64,000 nucleotides of DNA from positions 1 through 64,000 of the forward strand of contig JAHLWZ010000855.1 in the NCBI GenBank assembly GCA_020536535.1. Direction: 5' to 3'. Source of the stretch: Pelomyxa schiedti. Lineage: Eukaryota; Protista; Evosea. Both the position numbers and the translations under genes were made by a program. Below are positions 49,401-63,011 of the stretch, one piece after another; position 1 is the stretch's first letter; the number at the start of each line of letters is the position of its first letter. The notes beneath the pieces are model-generated. The model saw only the letters and a list, made by a program, of their open reading frames with translations. It made no database searches and was not told the origin of the DNA.

Positions 49401-52400
49401 AGACTGCAAAGAAGCCAACACACGGAAAGGATCGCACTTGTGCTACAGTGTCGGACAAAGCAGGACAATTATTCACCAGTGAGTGGCAGGAACAAGAGAT
49501 TGAATTGTTTAAGGTTCACACATTGACACTACATAACATACTAATCTATCACAGGAATTGTACTGTCTTCATGGGACCAATTGGGATGTAATTTCTTCGC
49601 TCATGCATTTCAAGTCCCCACCTCAGTTGCAAGAGTTCTTTACCACCAATGTTCAAGACCAAAATACTCTTTCCTGGGGTCCAGTCAATGTAGCACACAT
49701 CAAAATGCTATGTGATTAACTGTATTTAGAAATGTCATTTCTGTGATGAAGTTGTTGGAAATGACACGTGGCCAATCTGCACTGTGTGCTCCTCAAAAAG
49801 TTCAACACAGTACTCCCACACTACCTAACTGTATTTTTGCTGAACTTCTATTAATAGGTCCACTGCAGCACAGTCCCTACCAGGTAGTGAAAAATAATAG
49901 CGCTCTCTTCCTGGGTGATATATTTACCATCTCTTAGATAATGGTGCTGTAACTGACTCCATTCATTCCCTGGATGAAGTAGAAGACCAACTTCTTTCAG
50001 CTATGAGGTTGATCTCTCAAATAGTTTCTCAACTAAAACAAAAAAGTCAACTGATTATCGAGGACCCAATTCTGAAGAACGAAATGGACAAATGTATAAT
50101 AAACCTAAAAAGCCATAACCTCTAACAACTTGTTTATACTTATTGAAATCTATGCTGGTATCACAGTTGGTAGGATTAATTTTTTTTTTCCTTGTTTGCA
50201 ATTCCAACTATGATTCAGAGAACCCTGATGTAGATAACTCAGATATGGACACAAGTATGTCTGATGACGATATGTCATTTGGAAGTTCTGATGACGAGTC
50301 TACAACATCACCAAATACTTCGAGATCTGAATTGCCAGGCAATAGCAGTACAGATTCTACTGTTGCCTCCGCACAAACACAAGCACTCCCCCAAAAGCCA
50401 GCGCAGCCTGTCTCTACATCATCCTCCTCGCAACCTCCAGTCGCCAGTGCAGCAATACCATCTGCATCGAGTGACGTACCCTATCCATCGATTCAAGAGC
50501 GTGCAAAGAGAAGACGATTTCACTCGCCGGCATACACGCCTACCATTTATGAGTTTACAGCCCCTGTGGAAATTGCTCTTGCTCTCGTTCTAAATAGTAG
50601 TTGTGACCCATGTGTCCCCCCTTGTAAAGAAGCCTTCTCTTGTGGTAATTTGAAACAAAATCTGGAAGGAAGGGAGACCATACCTCCAATAAATCAGAGT
50701 ACTGTACCTGAGCATTCTCCAGTAGTGTCAAGTAGTCAGTTACCCATCCCAGGTAGGGGAAGAAGTTATCCCATTCCTAGAATTGACCACCAACTACCAT
50801 AGATCCAATCTTAAACCAGGAGTCAGTAGAACATACCTGCGAGCAAGAGAGTCGTGATTCACGCAATAACAATCCTGTACTTCTCTCAGTAGAGGAAGAG
50901 AAAGCTTTTGCAAAAGAGATAGCTGCCTCAGTTGATAGAAATCGTCTCGTTAGTGAAGTGAAGGTTGATTCCATGTGTGAAATGAAGAAATAACCTAAGA
51001 AATAGAAATTTATTCGTGATCCTCACACAGCCAGAACTTTGAATAAGGAGGACACATGTTCTCCCCTATCAATTTTCCATCATGGTCTAGGTCCCATCAG
51101 TTCGTGCTAAATTGGTCACTGCCTGACAATTCACCTAAATACAGAAAACTTAGACAGCTGTATTTCTATTCCTGAGAATGTTTTAAGACAGAGAATGAAA
51201 ATCGTCCTGGATGCCACATCACTGGCCATTTTATCTATGTTGTCAAGCAGTACCAATCGGTGTTGTTTGTTATCCTGATTTCTGGGTATAAACTAAGGTT
51301 TTTTTGCAGGTATGTTGAAAATGTTTCCTCATCCTCCTGGTTATTCACTGCTGATCCCTCTCACATAGATTTTGGTAATGCTTATCTTCCGTGATGCAGT
51401 AATATATAAAAAAAACTCAATATGAATGAATGTGTTCAAAAGAGATTTCGATCTAAAAAAGTGCAGGCCAGTGGAAGGCTTCTTTGTCTTCTAACTGGGT
51501 TTTTGAGGACAAAGCTGTGTTGGAGGCCCAGTCAGGTGACCGAATATATTTCTGTGAATGGGCAAAAAACAGTACACCCTGCGAAATTCTCTTTTTTTCC
51601 TCAACTGCCACAGAAGATGCAAATTGTGTATTTGCTCTTGGTACCGTTTCTGGACCTCCCCTTCAAAAGAAATCTGGTAAATCTTTCACTGTGCATGTTT
51701 CTGTTCAAGTGGATTTGTATGATCACAGAGATGTTCTCCTTTATTTTTTAACTTCCTCAGGTTTTTAGATGAGAAAATAACCCTGACATCCTTATGCAAA
51801 GCGGGAGTCTTATCAAGCAAACACCTTCCTCCAACTCCCTCACCTGTTTTTGGTACTTCTGCTATTGCCCTCTCACTTGAAGAAACACTTTCACTGTGTA
51901 ACAGTCTTCCAAGCCAAAGCTCCTCCATGGATTCTACAGACATGGTACTTTCTGTTTTCTTCAGGGAAAAAAAAAAACGAGAGAGACTACCTTTTCTCAC
52001 TGTGAAACAGGAACCTACTGCCCCAACTGCAAAACGTAGAAGGCTTCCGGAACCTGTCCACACTTCCGTGCACAAGTGCATTCTATGCAACGACACCTTT
52101 TTTGTTTCTGTGTCAGCTTCAGTTCCTGACACTCACGTTTGTCGAAAATGCTGCCTCAGTGATCAACTAGTAGAGGCTCTTTACTTCTTTCCATTTTTTG
52201 ATCCTAAGACTAGTTGGATGAAATCCTAGCAAAAGTCGGAGCTGACGAAATCGCTATGGAGTGTAATTCCCTCGTCCAGCAACATCTAGTAAATCTTTTC
52301 CCCCTCAAGTTTTCACTAGAGCACTCATTCCCGTCAATAAGTGTTTTCCCAATCCATTTTGATTCACAGCTTACTTTTTGCAAAGATAAAGAAAAGGATT

Positions 52401-52807
52401 TAAGTACAGCAAGAAGCCCTAGCCCTCCAACAGGTCCCACACTATTATCGTCCACATCTGCCCCACAAGTGACGAACACATCAACATCAACACCAGCCTC
52501 ATCCTCAACCACGAACACAACTCCAACCACATCCACTAACACCACAACCATCACCACAAGCACAACAACGACCCCAACACCGAACTCCAAACTGTTTTCT
52601 GAACTAGCGTCACTTGTGCGTAACTTACGGGAGACAATCTTCCTGCAAACACAACCCGTCTACTGCAACTGGAAAAAATCACTACCGCTTCACACAAACG
52701 GAAACACCAACAAACACAACAAAGTAACCCCGCCGTTGCAGGACAAGACCCCCAATTCCACAGCACCCTCAAGTCACAACGACGCTCCCGCAACTTCTAT
52801 TCTATGA
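46499..52807 (+). CDS. Large low-complexity nuclear protein with SANT/Myb domain and Cys-rich zinc-binding motifs (may be more than one gene)
   Basis: SANT-like EWQEQEIELFKELYCLHGTNWDVISSLMHFKSPPQLQEFF at about 49480-49640. Cys motifs CHFC..CTVC and CILC..CRKC. Many same-strand exons, not all junctions resolved. Confidence 0.55.
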
Positions 52808-52904
52808 AAACCCTTTGGCACTTTGCCCAAAAACAACAAATGGCTGAAATTTGGGAGAAAAGGATAATTATCTTCTGTGTTTGTAAGTTTGATGTGGGGT
52901 GGAA

Positions 52905-54683
52905 TTATGGTGAATTCTGTTGTTGAGGTAGAGTGAACCAGCTGATTGGAAGCCTGGGAGCAAAGTCCACAACATCACAGTCAAAGCACTTCTCGAAACG
53001 CCAAGACACCAATTCGGCATACTCCCATATAAGAACGTGTATCTGGGGGTGGAAGGTTAGGCTATTCGGAGATAGGCAGAGGAGTTGGTTTTGCTTTGTT
53101 TTCCCCTTACCTTGTTCTTTAAAATGTCCCCGTACCCTTCTTCTGGCGAGTTGTACGCGAAAAGGTGCTTGGAAGGCACCGATGACAGCTGTGAGTGTAA
53201 CCAGCCCGGAGTGTCCATCCAGGATCCCTTCATGTATCCAACCTTTGGTGCTGTTAAAACTCGAAAGCAAGAAAGAAAGAAACCTTAACGCGTGGATCAT
53301 TTACTGCCTCTATGCTTGATAAATACAAGAAAGGGTCAAGTCTGCTTCTGACAAAGGCACCTCTTTCCATGGCATATGGGCACCCAAATGCAACCTAATT
53401 GTGTTGTGAGTGACAAGCTTGGGATTGGTGACGGGTAATAACGCACCTTGCTCCACCTCTCGTCAGTAACATAAATTCCTGACATTGCCACGTCACAGTC
53501 ATGACGTTCAAGTGCTGCAACGAGATCTTCGAACAGGCCTTGGTCTTCGGTGCCGGGATGTATGGGTAGTGTGCCCACTTCCACGAATTGAACTTTGATG
53601 CAGTCGGGGTACCCAGGTTTCTCAAGGTTGCCACAGTTGCAATATTCATCATTGATGGAGTCGACAAGCATGTTGGCAAGGTCGAACTGGTTCCGATGAA
53701 TTGAATTAGGATAAAGGAACGAGAGGAAAGGATGTTTTACCTCCAGCCCAGTGTTGCACTCGCTGAAAAATAACGGTCTGCTGAAGTTGGGCATGTGGCA
53801 TACATTGAGCCACCCGTTCTCGAATAACGAATTTACCTCCGGTGCTTCTGGTGGAGGCCACTCTAAAATTATTAGAGTGTCAAAGAAGTGCCCCAGTTTC
53901 CATTTTGGTGTAAGATTGAAAACAAGTCGAGAATACCAAGAGGATAATAATTGCACGGTGGTGGTGGCCCCAGATGATAGCTAGATCACCAGGTTAGTAA
54001 AGCGTACACAAAAACGAAAGCAAAAACAAAAATGTGAACTAAAAACGGCCTCAAAAACAATCATAGAACAAGGACGGAGGGGGGGGGAAAAAAAAAACCA
54101 AACCCCAAATCCCATAACCCACAATTAGAAACCGTTCCACAGACCTTGCCAAAAGCATGCTGTATTCCATCGACGAGCACACGCTGCTCTGCGCCATATT
54201 GATCACGTGGTGCATCACTGGTATCCCAATCCTGCTCCACACCGCCTCCCCGGTCCCATAATCGCAACCGCGGCAGCCCAGATCCCCGCCACTGCAGCCC
54301 GCGGTCCCATTGGCACCCTCACCGCCGCTCCCAGCCCCGCCAACAGGCCTCAGTCCCGCGAAACAGACAATAACCAAAGCCACCATCACAAGCACCGCGG
54401 CTACATTGCACAACGTCAGCGACAGCGCTTGCAAAGGTGATCTCGGCGCCTCGTTCGCTTCGCCACTCCCATAACTGCGCTCATCAACCAGCGACGATGA
54501 CGGCGAAGGCGGCTCAGGCACACTGAATCGCCCACGACGCCCACAGTCCTTGATGTCGGATGTTAACCCTGTTGACTCCTTCGTTGTCCCTTTGATAGAG
54601 ACAAAAAGCCTCGATTTGGTTTTTGTTTTTTTTTTGCAATTTGTTTCGGGACTTTTTTTGTGTACGAATGTTTACGCAAGCAT
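52905..54683 (-). CDS. Type II membrane protein with periplasmic-binding-protein (SBP family 3 / iGluR S1-like) domain
   Basis: N-terminal TM VAAVLVMVALVIVCFAGL. Motifs FDLANMLVD, IKVQFVEV and FEDLVAALERHDCDVAMSGIYVTDERWSKVAFGCPY. The start is uncertain. Confidence 0.75.
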
Positions 54684-54718
54684 GACAAAGCGCCCGTGTC
54701 TAATGAACGGTTGTATCC

Positions 54719-56028
54719 CTAAGGGAGAAGAGAGCTCTGAAGCTCTATGGAGGTGGCAGTCATCTGGATGGCACCCGCAAGAGTGGCGTTGCATGCCAGG
54801 AATCCCGAAGAGTGAACAAACTGCGAACCGGGAATGCTTGTAACTGAAGCAAGCTTTTCCATAACAAGGCCACGCCAGGGTTCCGGGAAAGACAGCCGGT
54901 TCTGGAAGGATCCTTTGTGTTGGCAGTGTAAGTCATACAATGAGGAAGGTGGGGGACGGTTTACCTTTTCTCTTTGTGACACAAGAAGCAGCCCACTGAT
55001 TTCGAGCACTGTCAAATGAAAGAACGTAAAGCACCAACGGTGATGGAGAGGCACCGGGCGGGAGTGACTTCACCTCTTCTTCCTCTAAATCCCTCAGATG
55101 ATCCTTCCAAGGTGCAGGGGTGTCGAGTACCATAATGCGTCCAGAGGGATGGTGACGAGTCCTAGTCTTAAATCTTTTGCTCAAAAGTTAGAAAGTAGTT
55201 AGCTCGTGGGAAAGGTAGAAACCCACGCTTCCTCCACAATAAGCCTTGAAGGCAACCAGGATTCCACCAGAGAAGAAACACAGCTTTTGAAGGCCTCACC
55301 AGCAACTTCCACTGCTCTGGCATATCATAAATGCTTCGAGGAAAAAAATAAAACGATCACTAACTTCATAAATCCACTGTATCTTGTTTCATCATTGCAG
55401 ACTTGGTTCCACCTGGGATTTAGTCCGCCCACCCTCGAGTGAAGGTACGTGTGGTCGTAAAACAGAGGGTCAAGGTCCTCGGGGTAGGCATTGATCCCAT
55501 TGTCAGGTCCATCCACAGAAACCAGAAGGTCTTCATAGAGCTTGTTATAGACCTAAAACGAAAAAGGCCACCCACATCATGGTTAAAATCCGAAATCAGA
55601 CTTATAAAGGATTGGGGATATAAATTTCAAAGGCGAAGAAACCAAACAGAAGCTTCACTTACTTTTTCTAATTGGTCAGGTGACAATTCCACAGTGGACA
55701 GAGCTCTGATGACTTCTCTGCCGTAATGCCTGTACACCAGTCCAGTAGCAGCCATTTTCACTTTGGAGAACTTTGGCGAGAAGCACTCGAAGTAGCCCTT
55801 CTGGTGGTGGTCGTACCTCCTCAGAGAGTGGTCGTAAACGCCGCCGATATCACAAACTACGTCGCACGACTGCAACCGGGCCGGATCTACGTCGCGCACC
55901 ACAACAGCGTCCTTCCACGCGGGGAGTTGTTTCAGCATAAACACGCACATGGCATCGTCCAGATGAAACACGCTGCCGTGGACCCCGATCCTAGCCGCAG
56001 ATCTCGCCTCCGGTGCTGCAGCCGTCAT
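54719..56028 (-). CDS. MYG1: MYG1 (UPF0160) exonuclease family
   Basis: IGVHGSVFHLDDA, DVVCDIGGVYD..RYDHHQKG, RVGGLNPRWN, FPEPWRGL and FVHSSGFL. Confidence 0.95.
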
Positions 56029-57059
56029 CTCGTTTTACTTTGGTATGATGTTCTTCACGGAATAAACGTTTGAAAAAATTCAAAACAGTCAGCCCGCCAC
56101 GTGACGGTGAACCCTGACAATGCACTAACAAACGCGATCCTCCTTTCTACGTGCATGCACCCACCTGGCGCCGATTTCTTTTCGACTTTCGCAGCACTGA
56201 ACCGCGAAGAAAAGCAATTTAATTCAACGTCGTATGTACATTTAGTTGCTCTTTTACCTGGGTAAATAAGATACTGGTACTAAGAAAGTACTGCATGATG
56301 AAAAATCCAAAACAAACAACAACAGACTTGTGTGTCACAAAAGCTCAAGCTTTCATTAATTTGCAAATTTTAATGCTAGCATATACTAAGGTATAATCTC
56401 ATTTTTTTTCTGCTTTAATTTCTGTTGGGCAAAAGCTAAACCCACAACTTATGGTCAATATGAGAAGTCCTTGAAGACACTAAAGATATTTCCTGCAGGA
56501 AGCACCACCTTTGTATGCAATGATTGTTCATTAGATCTCTTGAAGCCATGTCAACAGTATATGAGTGAGAGCAGCTTTGCTAGTATCCTGGAGGTGACAG
56601 CTGTATCATCATTTCTGACCTCAACCATTTGCTGCCCACACCTCCTGAACTCTTGTTTGTGAGCTCTATTCCTTGTATCTTCTATCCAATAAGCTTTAAA
56701 AATAAATAACACATTCGAAAGCTTTAGCCGAAGCTACAAAAAAAGTTCTAATTAAAGAAGGCGAGCACCGAAGCGAGACGGAGGCCGACGGCACGAAAAA
56801 CGACGACGTTACTTCCCTGCTGCCCAAATCCCTGCTCGCTCGTCTTGATATAAAAAAAAATAAGTCGGACAAGGGAGGGACAAGGGCAAAGACACGACCA
56901 CGACACCGGTGCTGGTGTTGTCTGCACAAGAAGATCGTCTTCACAACTACCGCGGTCATTACTTCGAGTCGGCGACCACCAGAGTCTCCCATAAAAGTAA
57001 CGACGACCGGCGCAAGCCGACCCGGCGGATCTCCCGTTGCGAAAAAACGCTGTGTGGCC

Positions 57060-58746
57060 ATGAACATCGTGCCCATCAAGAACACGCCGCGACCCGACGG
57101 CAACAAGGTCTCTGTCATCACGCACAAACCCACTCCGAGTTCGCCCGCGTCGGATCTCACTATCACCTCGATAACCATTAAAAAACGGTCAAACAAGACG
57201 ACGAGGTCTCCCGCAGTTGCGACCAATGGGCGAGACATGATCCCCAAGAACATCGAATTCGACACGGCCATAATTCCCCCCACGAAAGAAGATGCTGCGG
57301 GGAGCCCAACAACACCCGTTTCGTCTCCTTCACAAAAGGAGTCTGCAACTACCAGGAGACTCGTTTTCAGAACGGATGACGACGACTTGGGCCAAGTTGG
57401 TGGCTCCACTGATCAGTTGAATGCAAGGCGCCTACGTTTTAAAGCCGCTTCTGTGGCAGAACCAGCAAGGACTGCTGCTGCTGCCACTTCCACTGGTTCC
57501 TCCACTTCAGAAGAAAGTGGTTGGGGAGAAAGAGTGTCACTGGACGGGGATGTAGAACCAGTTGTTGGAACTTGCGCCATCTTGGAGAAAGCCTACTTCC
57601 GTCTTTACGAGGTATTTCGCTTGGCATTTCGGACGTAGTCCAGCTCACGACGCTGAACAGAGGCCAGATCCATCAACAATTCGACCGCTTCGTGTTTTGA
57701 AGCAAGCCTTTCAGAACCTCGCGGTACGCCAACAAACGCACAGTGCTCCTTATAGCTACATCTGTAACCAGCTCAAAGCAGTGAGGCAGGTTGCTTTTCC
57801 GCAATGGTCTGTACCCTGTCTCACAATTCACTGTAGGATCTTATGGTACAACATATCTCCAACGAGTTCACAGTTCTGGTTTACGAAACGAATGCCAGGC
57901 TTTCCTTGGAAAATGTATCTCGTGTATCTCTGTTGCCAGCGAGTCAATTAATTCCTCAAAGGATGACATTGGAGAGTTTCAGCAGTGTCAAATGCAACTC
58001 ATAGTTCTTTATGATCAACTGAGTGGTGCCCCCAATTTCAGCGAATTTCTTGCATATCGAATCCTAACTGCTGTATTGCAAAACTCCTGGAATGGTTGGT
58101 TCAGAGACTATTCCTCTCCACCGAAAAACATAACAATAAAATCGAAGATATGGGATCTGTGCTTCAGACAAGCAAAGATCTTATGCGGTTTCCCTGTGTT
58201 AGACATGCTGTAGACGTGTTGAATTCTGTTGTTATTTGTGACTATGCCACTTTCTTTAAGTATGGTTCTCTGCAGTTTATACTGTAAACCCCAACTGCTT
58301 TACAAAGGTTATTGCCACAAACTCCAAACCACGGGAAGTATCTCATGGCTAAAATTGTTCACGAGCTCAGATTACATGCCATCGAGGTAGGAATAGAGTA
58401 ATTCCCTAATGCTAATCATCACCAGGTTTCACTCAAGGGCTATGGAAACAAACTGCCAATTGACTACGTCTCTTCTCAGCTTGGATTCTCTGATTCCTCA
58501 GAATTGACCAACTTTTGTGAGCAAAATGGTATCACAATTCCAGCTGTTGTGAGCAGCTTCCTGCCCACCAACCAAGAAGTTCAACCAAAACCCAGACCCC
58601 AAGAGCCTGCTCCAGCTCTTATACACACCACAGAACCCGCATCGGAACCAATTCCCACACCACAACAAACAAACACCACTAACAACAACAAACGAAAGAA
58701 AAGGAAGAAGCCTAAAAAGCAACAAGCCAACAACAACGGCTGTTAA
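57060..58746 (+). CDS. LENG8: SAC3/GANP-family protein, LENG8/Thp3-like
   Basis: [72 protein letters not shown] and EFLAYRIL. The frame is open to about 56710 but the first in-frame ATG is 57060. Confidence 0.9.
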
Positions 58747-58779
58747 ATAATAACAACACTCATTCTCCATGCCATTACA

Positions 58780-60583
58780 TTACTTCCATACACCCACGAC
58801 GCCAGTGGAGAAAAAGCACAGGACCATGATGGCACCGCCCAGCACAGCAAACACCAAACTGAGGCCTCTGAGGATTGTGACAGCAGCCTGCTCGTGGTTG
58901 TAGTACTGCCCCTCTCTGCCTAGAAGCAAGAAGTAACACAGACTGGGGACTATGAGAGTGGCTAGGGTCCCGGCTGTGGCCCCACAGTAGGCAAACACTG
59001 TATCAAGGTGTACATTGGAAATGGCTGCGGTGTATGTGGCAGTGACCAGAATGACCTGTAAATGAAGATTATTTGGTTTGTGTTGAGCTTTTGCCTTTTG
59101 GTTTGTGATAGTTGTGCTATGTACATACGGGTGCAATGTAATCTTTGTGCTGGTTCCACAATGGATTCCTCTTGAGGAAAAGGTTCCCGAGGGAAATGAA
59201 GCTACTCCGGCATGGATAGAGAAGTAGGGGATATGATGAACTCAAAATAAAAACCGCACTCGTCTGAGCCACGAGTCCTACAATACCAGATGAATCTTTT
59301 TTTTTTCAGCAAATGAGTAGGGACCGGCAAATTTTTGGGAGCATACAATTTTGGAGAATATTGGGGGAAATCAGTGACCCAAATGTGAGATATCCAAACA
59401 ACCCCACAACTGAGTATATAATGAAAACAAAGATTTGGGCATATGTGAAAGTCAAATCAGCCCTCAGCACACTTTTTGGTTTTCCCAGTTCATTAAAAAT
59501 AGTACACGCCTAATATATCCCTTAACCAACGAGGACAAAAAAAGTGTAATACTTGCATTGACATGACTGCAGTAGGCAAAGACAAATACAGGTAGAACTT
59601 GGAGTGTTTTTTTCTGCAGAGGGGCAAACCAAATTATGCTGCTCTCACTTTGTGGACCAACAATGAAGTATACGGAGATCACTAAAATACTCATTGTCAC
59701 AACCCCAAAAGACCCTACGGCACTTTGAAATTTAGTCACTTTAAAGGAAGTTTTATGCTTACCTCAGAAAAGTTAAGCTGGCTAGTCTCTTCAAAAAGCA
59801 GACGGACAATAGGCCAACAAATGCTACAGATATACAAACGAACGACGACGGCACGATATACGTAATAGAGAGACTATACACAATAGAAAAAATCTGGGGA
59901 ATTAATTTGCCTTGAAAAAATTTGTTCAACTTTAGCAAGAAACAAAGGAAAGAAAACCTATTATCCTCAGGTATGAGGAACACGCCCCAAAACAAATTAA
60001 TACAAAAGATATGTCAACAAAAATGTACCCCCAGGATACTATCTTGGCTGCAGTTATGCTCTAATAGTTTGATTTGTTTGTTTTGGAACCTCTTTAGATA
60101 GGTCGGAGAAAGAAACTTGGTAACCAAGTCTCCCTTCTCGTTCTTTTCGCGCCTGAACTAAATGCATAAACATCTGACAGAAGTGATTTTACTACAAACT
60201 TATCTCACAGCTCGCCGAAATGAAATAGCAGGACATAAGCAAAGTCACCCCCAAAAAAACCAATGCCCTGCGAGATATAGCAGGTAAATCCAGCAGTATG
60301 TAGAATTAATAACTCAAAGTATCCTTTCCATATATGCTTGTCCTTGAAAGATAACACACAGCAAGGAGAAAGCTACTCCCAAAACACTGAAGCTGAATGG
60401 AATAGCCAGAATTCCAGCACCAATTGTGAACTTGATCACATTGAGAGTACTCCCAATTACTGAAGCATTTTTCACAGTAGATTCGCCCGAGGGCCTGCGC
60501 CAAAGTAGGGGCAAAAATTCAGAATTGGTGCCATCGACGCCATACGGCGCTGCCCAGCCCCGGGAGACCCATAACTTCGCCAT
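58780..60583 (-). CDS. Amino-acid transporter (AAAP/SLC38 family)
   Basis: ASVIGSTLNVIKFTIGAGILAIPFSF, LKRLASLTFL, LPVFVFAYCSH, GLFGYLTFG and GATAGTLATLIVPSLCY. Multiple TM helices. Confidence 0.92.
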
Positions 60584-60969
60584 GCGCCCCTTCCCCAAGG
60601 CCCTTTTACGTCTCGTATGGTTGAGACAACCAACAGACAATAAATGAAAAATTATGAAAGCTCCAAGCAAAGTTCTTCCTAAAAAGAACCTTTTCCACAG
60701 GCATTCCAAGATCTGTCTGGTATGGGGATTTCTTCCTATTGTTGATTGGAATGAAACACACAAGGTCCACAACTCAGCCCAGGCTGAATCCCTTCCATCA
60801 ATAGTGTTTTGTGTCTTCTGGAATGCACCAGATCTCTCACTGGAAGGCACCAGTCCCCAGTTCCTTCCATCAAAAAACGAAATGGTAGACGTTCCAAGAA
60901 TAAGCAGGAGAAAAAGAAGTAAAAAAAATATATTTGTTTGGGGTGTCGTGACTGCGTACAACTCAAACG

Positions 60970-61837
60970 ATGGTGAGTGGTAGATCTGTAGCGGTAGCGG
61001 TGGTGGCGGTTGTCGCTTTTATTGTGTGCGGGGTGAGATCTGTGACAGTTGGTACGGAAATTCACTACGTGACGTCTGATATGCAGCCTTGCACGTATCC
61101 GTGCCTCTACACGTCGCCCGTTGTATCTACGACCATTTCGCCTACTCACTTCTTGGTCTTCGTAATCGACTTGTCCGTCTACCGCGATAACCTTACCTCT
61201 ACAACCCAGATAGTATGCGCCGTTGTTTGGTTTTTCTTTTATGTTATTGGATTTTTTTTTTTTTTTCCCTTCGACTATAAAGGTTACTGTTGTTATTATT
61301 TAACAGCTTCCCTAGGGGCTTAACGTTACCTCTCTTGTTGGAGGTCAGGAAGTTCAAACAGTCATCGTTGACACCAACACGCCATCTGTTTACAACTATG
61401 ATGACGCCCCGTACTTTTGACTCCAACAATACATTATCTTTAATACTCTAAAAGGACAACTCAGTGCATCTGCCACCTGGCATCTTCCCACACTTGTGAC
61501 CCATCAATGAACTCAACGTACTTTGAATGTGAAGCCGCAACATGGTGCGGGCCTTCTTCATCGAAGACATACTACGTCTCTGCCTACAACAATGCCGAAA
61601 AAACCGCTCATATCTCTGCTGCCGCCTATCTATATGGTTTGCCCCCACTCATACAAAACATTTTGTTTACGCAATTTAGATGATGGAAACAGCTGTGAAG
61701 AAGCAAGTGGGTGGTGGGTCCCAGTTGTAATTGTGTTTAGCACTTTGGGATGCCTTGCAATAGCGGTTGCAATCATGATTGTTGTGATAGTTGTGCGTGG
61801 TGGATTCACCCGAAAATATGCACCACTTTTGTCATAG
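60970..61837 (+). CDS. Type I membrane protein of unknown function
   Basis: Signal peptide MVSGRSVAVAVVAVVAFIVCGVRS, C-terminal TM WWVPVVIVFSTLGCLAIAVAIMIVVIVV and a short tail with YAPL. Internal exons are tentative. Confidence 0.6.
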
Positions 61838-61875
61838 AAAATAAACTATAAGTTTGTTTTGTTTTTGTTTTCTCT

Positions 61876-62783
61876 TCAACTGGAGGAACCATCCCGCAGT
61901 GCTTGTCTCACTTCCATAAGAGTGTTACCCAGGAGGTCTAGTGAAGCATTAAAGAAATGTTCTAAATATGATTATTATCATACTTTGGCCTCTCCATCTT
62001 GACCTGTAGTGTATGTCAGGGTGGTCTGCAGCCATTCCAATTCCATATATACGGTCCACAGGGCTTGCCTATGCACATGCAGAAATTAGATTTTTTGTGC
62101 AATCCCAATAAAAAATAAGTAACCTCCACGAGAATCTTGTCAGTGGCTAAAAGTCTGTTTTTGAGTTGCTGGTTCTGTGAGAACTTTGCCATTAATCCTC
62201 TGTACAAAATGTCGTGCTTGTTTGCATCCCAAACGGCATCATCGAAGTTCTGAACTCTGTTTTTGGTTTGGTTTGTCAGGAGAACGTCTAATTAGAATGT
62301 TGCCAACAAAGGTTACGCCTAGCCATACTTTCTGCCTAAACTTTTAATTTTTCTTGGGTCATTGCAAGCCGAAATTCTTCCCATTGATTGCCTGTCATTA
62401 AAAAGGACCGCCTGTGAGGAACCATGAACAACAAAAACCAGAGGAAGAGAGAAGCAAAACAAAACAAAATAAAAAAAAAAGAGGTTTTTTTTTACAAAAA
62501 CTAGGAGCAAGCAGCATCGCAATACGGGGAGGCCGAGGACGACTATTAACAACACACATACCTTGGAGTACATAAGCCACTGCTCCACGCAAGTGAAGTG
62601 CTTGTCATCCAACGTGAAGTGGGACGTGAACCAGTTCCCCAGCCACCCATTAGGCTCCTGTGGCTTCCAGAACGCCAACACAGTCACCCTGTCACCATCT
62701 CCGCTCGTATTCTCCGCTGTTGTTGTCGTCGTCCTAGTAGCACTACTACTACTAGTGCATGTTGCACTCGTCGTAGCTGCCAT
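61876..62783 (-). CDS. NADAR (YbiA/DUF1768) family N-glycosidase
   Basis: WLGNWF, FTCVEQWLMYSKAVLFND, PRKIKSLGRKVQNFDDAVW, AKFSQN..LK..LLAT, LVEASPVDRIYGIG and WRGQNLLGNTLMEVR. Confidence 0.95.
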
Positions 62784-63011
62784 CACGTAGTGCAATGAGT
62801 GTATTGGTGCTGTGAATTGATATTATGAGAGTGGTCATCGTCGGGAACGAGAAAACTCAAAATGGGAAGGGAAGACTCATTCAGTGTCTCTGGATCTCCA
62901 TAGGCTGTCCTCATTGATGCTACCATAATCGGGTTGCTTGTGGCGCTTGTCGGAGTCACAATCAGGCATTCCCTCCTGAACTGTGAAATTGTGATTCGCG
63001 GGCATTAGACG

